A stretch of DNA of 64,000 bases from Octopus vulgaris (taxonomy: Eukaryota). The DNA is taken from positions 62,001-126,000 of the forward strand of contig OX597825.1 of assembly GCA_951406725.2 (NCBI GenBank), in the 5' to 3' direction. Shown piece after piece: positions 59,601-64,000 of this stretch. Made by a program: the position numbers and the translations under genes. The stretch's first letter is position 1. The number at the start of each line of letters is the position of its first letter. Under the pieces are notes generated by a model, which was not told the DNA's origin, made no database searches, and worked only from the letters and a program-made list of their open reading frames with translations.

Positions 59601-60878
59601 TGAAAAATTCAAATTTGATTGCAAAGAATCCAAACTAGATCGAAAACATATATATATATATACCGTGAGTGCAGTAGGTGTTTTTTACGTACCACTGGCA
59701 CAGGGGTCAGAGGAGACTGTCAAACGGCTACGATCGGTTGGTGCTTTTACGTGTCACTGACACGGACGCCAATCAGGCGGCGCTGGCATCTGACACGTTC
59801 GGACGGTGCCTTTTACGTGTCACCGGCACAGGTGTCTTAACTACAATTTCCATTTGATTTTTATTTTGATGCTGGTGCTTGCGTATTTGACTCAATAGGT
59901 CCCCTCGAGAACAGCGGGTCACTCTACGATCCAAGGTTAGCACAGCAGGCCGTCCTGGGAGCCATGAACTCACTTCATTTGTCGGGTCTTCACAGTCACA
60001 GCATATCTCAGGGGTCTCGGTCTTGATCATTTTCTCTGTGAGGCCCTACGTGCTACCGGCACGGGTATCACAACTACAATATCCATACGACTTTTATTTT
60101 GATGTTGATGAACTTGACACAATAGGTCTCCTCAAGTGCAGCAGGCCGTCCTGCAAGCCATGAACTCGCTTCATTTGTCGAATAATAATCTTTGCAGCCT
60201 TTAAGTACAAGGCTGTTGTTTCGGGGAATGAGTATGATGAGTTATATCAAGCCCAGTACTTGACTGGTACTTTTAATTTATCAATCTCAGTACTTGATAG
60301 GTCCTTATTTTACCAACCACAGATGAATGAAAGGTGGAGGTTAACTTTACTGGGAATTGAACACAATATATGTCACTTAATCAAAACAAATGTACCACCA
60401 TGCCTTTTGGGAGGAAAAACCCAGCGTCTGCTTACTCCCTCCACAACACTAATCCCCAAAAGTCTTCTTGTGAACGTGACCTGGGCATTATTGTTGACAG
60501 CGATTTGCGTTGGACAAGACACATTGCTAAAATCGCCAAGAAGGCTGAGGATGTCTTGGCATCACCCACCAAGTCCTTTGTAAGCCGCTCTCCGACTATC
60601 TATCTGCGGCTTTATATAGCTATGGTAAGACCTCACCTGGAATTTGCATCACCGGTCTGGAACCCCTATCTTGCCCAGGATATTAATCGTCTGGAAGCCG
60701 TTCAGCGACGTGCAATTAAGAGAATACCCTCCATCAGGCATTTGCCATATTCTGAACGCCTTACTTCCCTGGGCATGGATACATTGAAACTCCGACGCCT
60801 GGCAGCTGACTTAGTAGACACCCATAAAATTATTAACCATCTTACAAACAATAACTCTGAGCACCTTTTCAAACTCCA
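56262..60878 (+). repeat. Near-identical tandem duplication, period about 2277 bp
   Basis: Identical ORF pairs 56953/59230, 57343/59619, 57497/59773 and 57984/60260. Each unit carries a CR1 end, a foldback MITE and an RTE fragment. Confidence 0.92.
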
Positions 60879-61098
60879 TTTGTCTAACACCCGTGGACAT
60901 GTTTACAAAGTCAGAAAACAGCACAGCTCCCATGACTTTCGGAAACATTTTTTCACGCTGAGAGTTGCTGAAGCATGGAACAAAATGCCGGCATCAGTTG
61001 GTAGTTGTCGGAGCACTGCATCCTTCAAAACCTCCATGCTTCCTGAGATTCGCCAACACTACACACGCAAGCATGTATCTGACACATACACTGTTCAC
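60386..61098 (+). mobile_element. CR1-group 3' fragment
   Basis: ORF 60370-61101. Confidence 0.85.
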
Positions 61099-61642
61099 TA
61101 GGGATTTTCATAGAAAATATGCACCTTTTTGATGTAAATAATTTTTGGTGTTAACACGGTCCGACTTGAATTTCTTCTTCTTCTTCCATCATACTCTCAA
61201 TTTTGGTCAATTTACGCCGCAGGGTCTCGGAGGAGATAGTGTTAGTTGAAGGCTACCAAACCTGCCATACACAGACAACTTCAGCTTTATATATATCGAG
61301 ATTTCTTCTAATGAACCCCACCAGCTACCTTAGTTAACCATTCGCTTGTCCTCTCTATCACATGTGATACACAAGGTATATTTTCTTAGTGTCTACGCAT
61401 CATATATAGTACTCATTCCCAATTTTGTTTTTGAACTGAGTACAGAATATTTTAGGACTTATCAAAGGAAAGTTTTATATTACCCAGAACTTATGAAAAA
61501 GGAGTAACCAAAAACATGGAAAGAAAAAATAATTGGCATTACATCGGTTATGATGGCAAGGGTTCCGGCTCATCCAATCAATGGAACGGCTTGCTCAAGA
61601 AATTAATGTGCAAGTGGCTGAGCGCTCCACAGACACACATAC

Positions 61643-62056
61643 CTATTTCTTTACTACCCATAAGGGGCTAAATACAGAGAGGACAAACAAGGACAGACAA
61701 ACGAATTAAGTCGATTACATTGACCCCAGTGCATAACTGCTACTTATTTAATCGACCCCGAAAGGATGAAAGGCAAAGTCGACCTCGGCAGAATTTGAGC
61801 TCAGAACGTAACGGCAGACGAAATACTTATTTCTTTACTACCCACAAGGGGCTAAACACAGAGGGGACAAACAAGGACAGACAAACGGATTGTCGATTAC
61901 ATCGACCCCAGTGCTTAACTGGTACTTAATGTTTCGACCCCGAAAGGATAAAAGGCAAAGTCGACCTCGGCAGAATTTGAACTCAGAACATAAAGACAGA
62001 CGAAATACAGCTACGCATTTTGCCCAGCGTGCTAACGTTTCTGCCAGCTCGCCGCC
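61643..62056 (-). mobile_element. SINE family A dimer
   Basis: Signature sequence. Confidence 0.8.
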
Positions 62057-62061
62057 TTTTT

Positions 62062-62232
62062 TCACCAGCTGGACGCGACACCAGTCCATCGCAGCGTTAC
62101 TCATTTTTGCCAGCTGAGTGGACTGGAGCAACGTGAAATGAAGTGTTTTGCTCAAGAACACAACGCGTCGCCCGGTCCAGGAATCGAAACCACAATCTCA
62201 CGATCATGGTGCTGGCACCCTAACCACTAAGA
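62062..62232 (-). mobile_element. tRNA-derived SINE family C (V-SINE-like core)
   Basis: tagtggttagg (A box), ggtttcgattcc (B box), gtgttcttgagcaaaacac...ctgcgatggactgg. Confidence 0.6.
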
Positions 62233-62660
62233 CACACATACCCGTAACATAGTTCTCAGGGAGATTCAGCATGACACAAAATATGACAAGGCTTGACCTT
62301 TGAATCACAGTTACAACTCATTTTTGCCAGCTGAGTAGACTGGGGCAACATGAAATAAAGTGTCTTGCACAATGCACTGCTGAGAATCAAAAATAAGAAT
62401 AGATATTTAGAAAAAAATTACGAAAATGCTTTGGAAAAACAAAAGGTTTAATAATCAAGGCATTCTCCCATCTACATGTCGTCTTTTATTCATTCCTTTC
62501 ACTCCTTTACTTTCTTTCCTTCATTTGTTTCTCCACCATTTTTATTATCTCTTTCTTTCTCATCTCTATGTTTCTTTCATCACTCCCACTCTGCTACTTT
62601 CCTTCTTTTCGCCCCACTTCCATTACCTTATCTTCTTTTTTTTAGTTCCTTTCATCTACC

Positions 62661-63054
62661 TATTTCTTTACTACCCACAAGGGGCTAAACACAGAGGGGA
62701 CAAACAAGGACAGTCAAACGGATTAAGTCGATTACATCAACCCCAGTGCGTAACTGGTACTTATTTAATCGACCCCGAAAGGATAAAAGGCAAAGTCGAC
62801 CTCGGCGGAATTTGAACTCAGAATGTAATGACAGACGAAATACCTATTTCTTTATTACCCACAAGGGGCTAAGCATAGACAGACATGGGTATTAAGTCGA
62901 TTACATCGACCTCAGTGCGTAACTGGTACTTATTTAATCGAAAGGATGAAAGGCAAAGTTGACCTCGGCGAAATTTGAACTCAGAACGTAGAGGCAGACA
63001 AAATACCGCTAAGCATTTCGCCCGACGTGCTAACGATTCTGCCAACTCGCTACC
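62661..63054 (-). mobile_element. SINE family A dimer with TSD
   Basis: Flanks ttagttcctttcatctacc and ttagttcctatcatctgcc. Confidence 0.8.
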
Positions 63055-63499
63055 TTAGTTCCTATCATCTGCCATTAGTTCATTCATTATCACTGCTCTC
63101 TCTCTTACTTCTTGCATTATTTCTCATCACTCTCTCTTATCTCTTTCAATTCCATTTATTCCTCCTGGTATTTCCTTAATTCCCATCACCTCTTATCTCT
63201 TTTGATTCTTCTTCCAGCCCACATTATTTCATTCCTATCACCCTTTATTTCTTTCAATTTCATTCACTCTACCCCTCCTCCACATTAATTCCTTCATTTC
63301 CATCTTCTTTCTTTATCTCTTTCAATTCCATTCACCTCACTCAGGTATTCATTTTGTCATTCTTACCAACTTCCTTCATTTCTTTCAAGTTCATTAACTG
63401 CCTCCCAACTCTCAATTATTTAAAAAAAATTTCACTCATTCCATCTTCCATATTATTATCAGTTTTCTTCCTTATATCAACTCCCTTCTCAACAGTTCT

Positions 63500-63720
63500 A
63501 TATTTTCTTCATCGCCTTCACCTCTACCTCCGACATTTTCTTCATTTCTTTTTCTTTCACCGCCACATCCGACACCTTATTTCCTTTTACCTCCACTTCC
63601 GACATTTCCTTCTTGCCTTTCACTTTCACCTCCATCATTTCCTTCATTGCTCTCACCTCCGCCTCCAGCATCTCCTTATTTTCTTTCACCTCCGCCTCCA
63701 GCATCTCCTTATTTCCTTAC
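63500..63720. repeat. Degenerate pyrimidine-rich tandem repeat of about 30 bp
   Basis: cacctccgcctccagcatctccttattt and variants. Confidence 0.6.
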
Positions 63721-64000
63721 CGTCTTTCCCGTCCCCGTCGCCGCCTCTTAAAGCTCATGAATATTCATATACCGCCACCACGTGACCGAGTCGTCTGCCT
63801 TCTTCCAGATTCAACAACAACACAGGTCCGGCCCAGAACATGGTTGACTGTCGTAAGTATGTCGCCGTTATATTTAGTAACATACTGTTAGAGTCTTGGA
63901 AGGTTTAAAACCATATTGTTGACATTAATTTATCGTTATTAGTATTATTAAGTCGTATGTTGAAATAATTTCCCTCAACTTTCAGTGTTATGTGTTTTCT

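Noticed and set aside
63354-63785. His/Phe-rich and Glu/Lys-rich ORFs
   Set aside because: They are a by-product of a pyrimidine-rich tandem repeat, with no recognisable domain.

Overview
Repeat-dense animal genomic DNA. The SINE/LINE repertoire looks like an octopus or other coleoid cephalopod, but that is my inference and is not verified. Two spliced host genes could be reconstructed by hand. (1) A minus-strand three-exon ZAP/PARP12-family gene (20077-19155, 11411-11261, 7033-6863; 414 aa; CCCH fingers plus two WWE-like domains) that appears to stop without a PARP domain. (2) Plus-strand COA5 (52032-52145, 55064-55210; 86 aa). Most of the rest is transposable elements: a near-complete Tx1/L1-group LINE inserted in the (ATT)n tail of a near-complete CR1 ORF2, three RTE-group families, R4-, CRE- and Penelope-like relics, a mariner relic, Helitron/Helentron-like elements, several palindromic MITEs, two solo-LTR-like units and three tRNA-derived SINE families. 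The most notable observations are the PARP-less ZAP-like gene, a SINE that shares its 3' end with the Tx1 element and appears to prefer GGTAT-like targets including itself, a tandem array of predicted compact pseudoknots in the RTE 3' UTR, and a 2.28 kb tandem duplication with a chimeric CR1 at its junction. Repeat boundaries were read by eye and are approximate unless a TSD is quoted.
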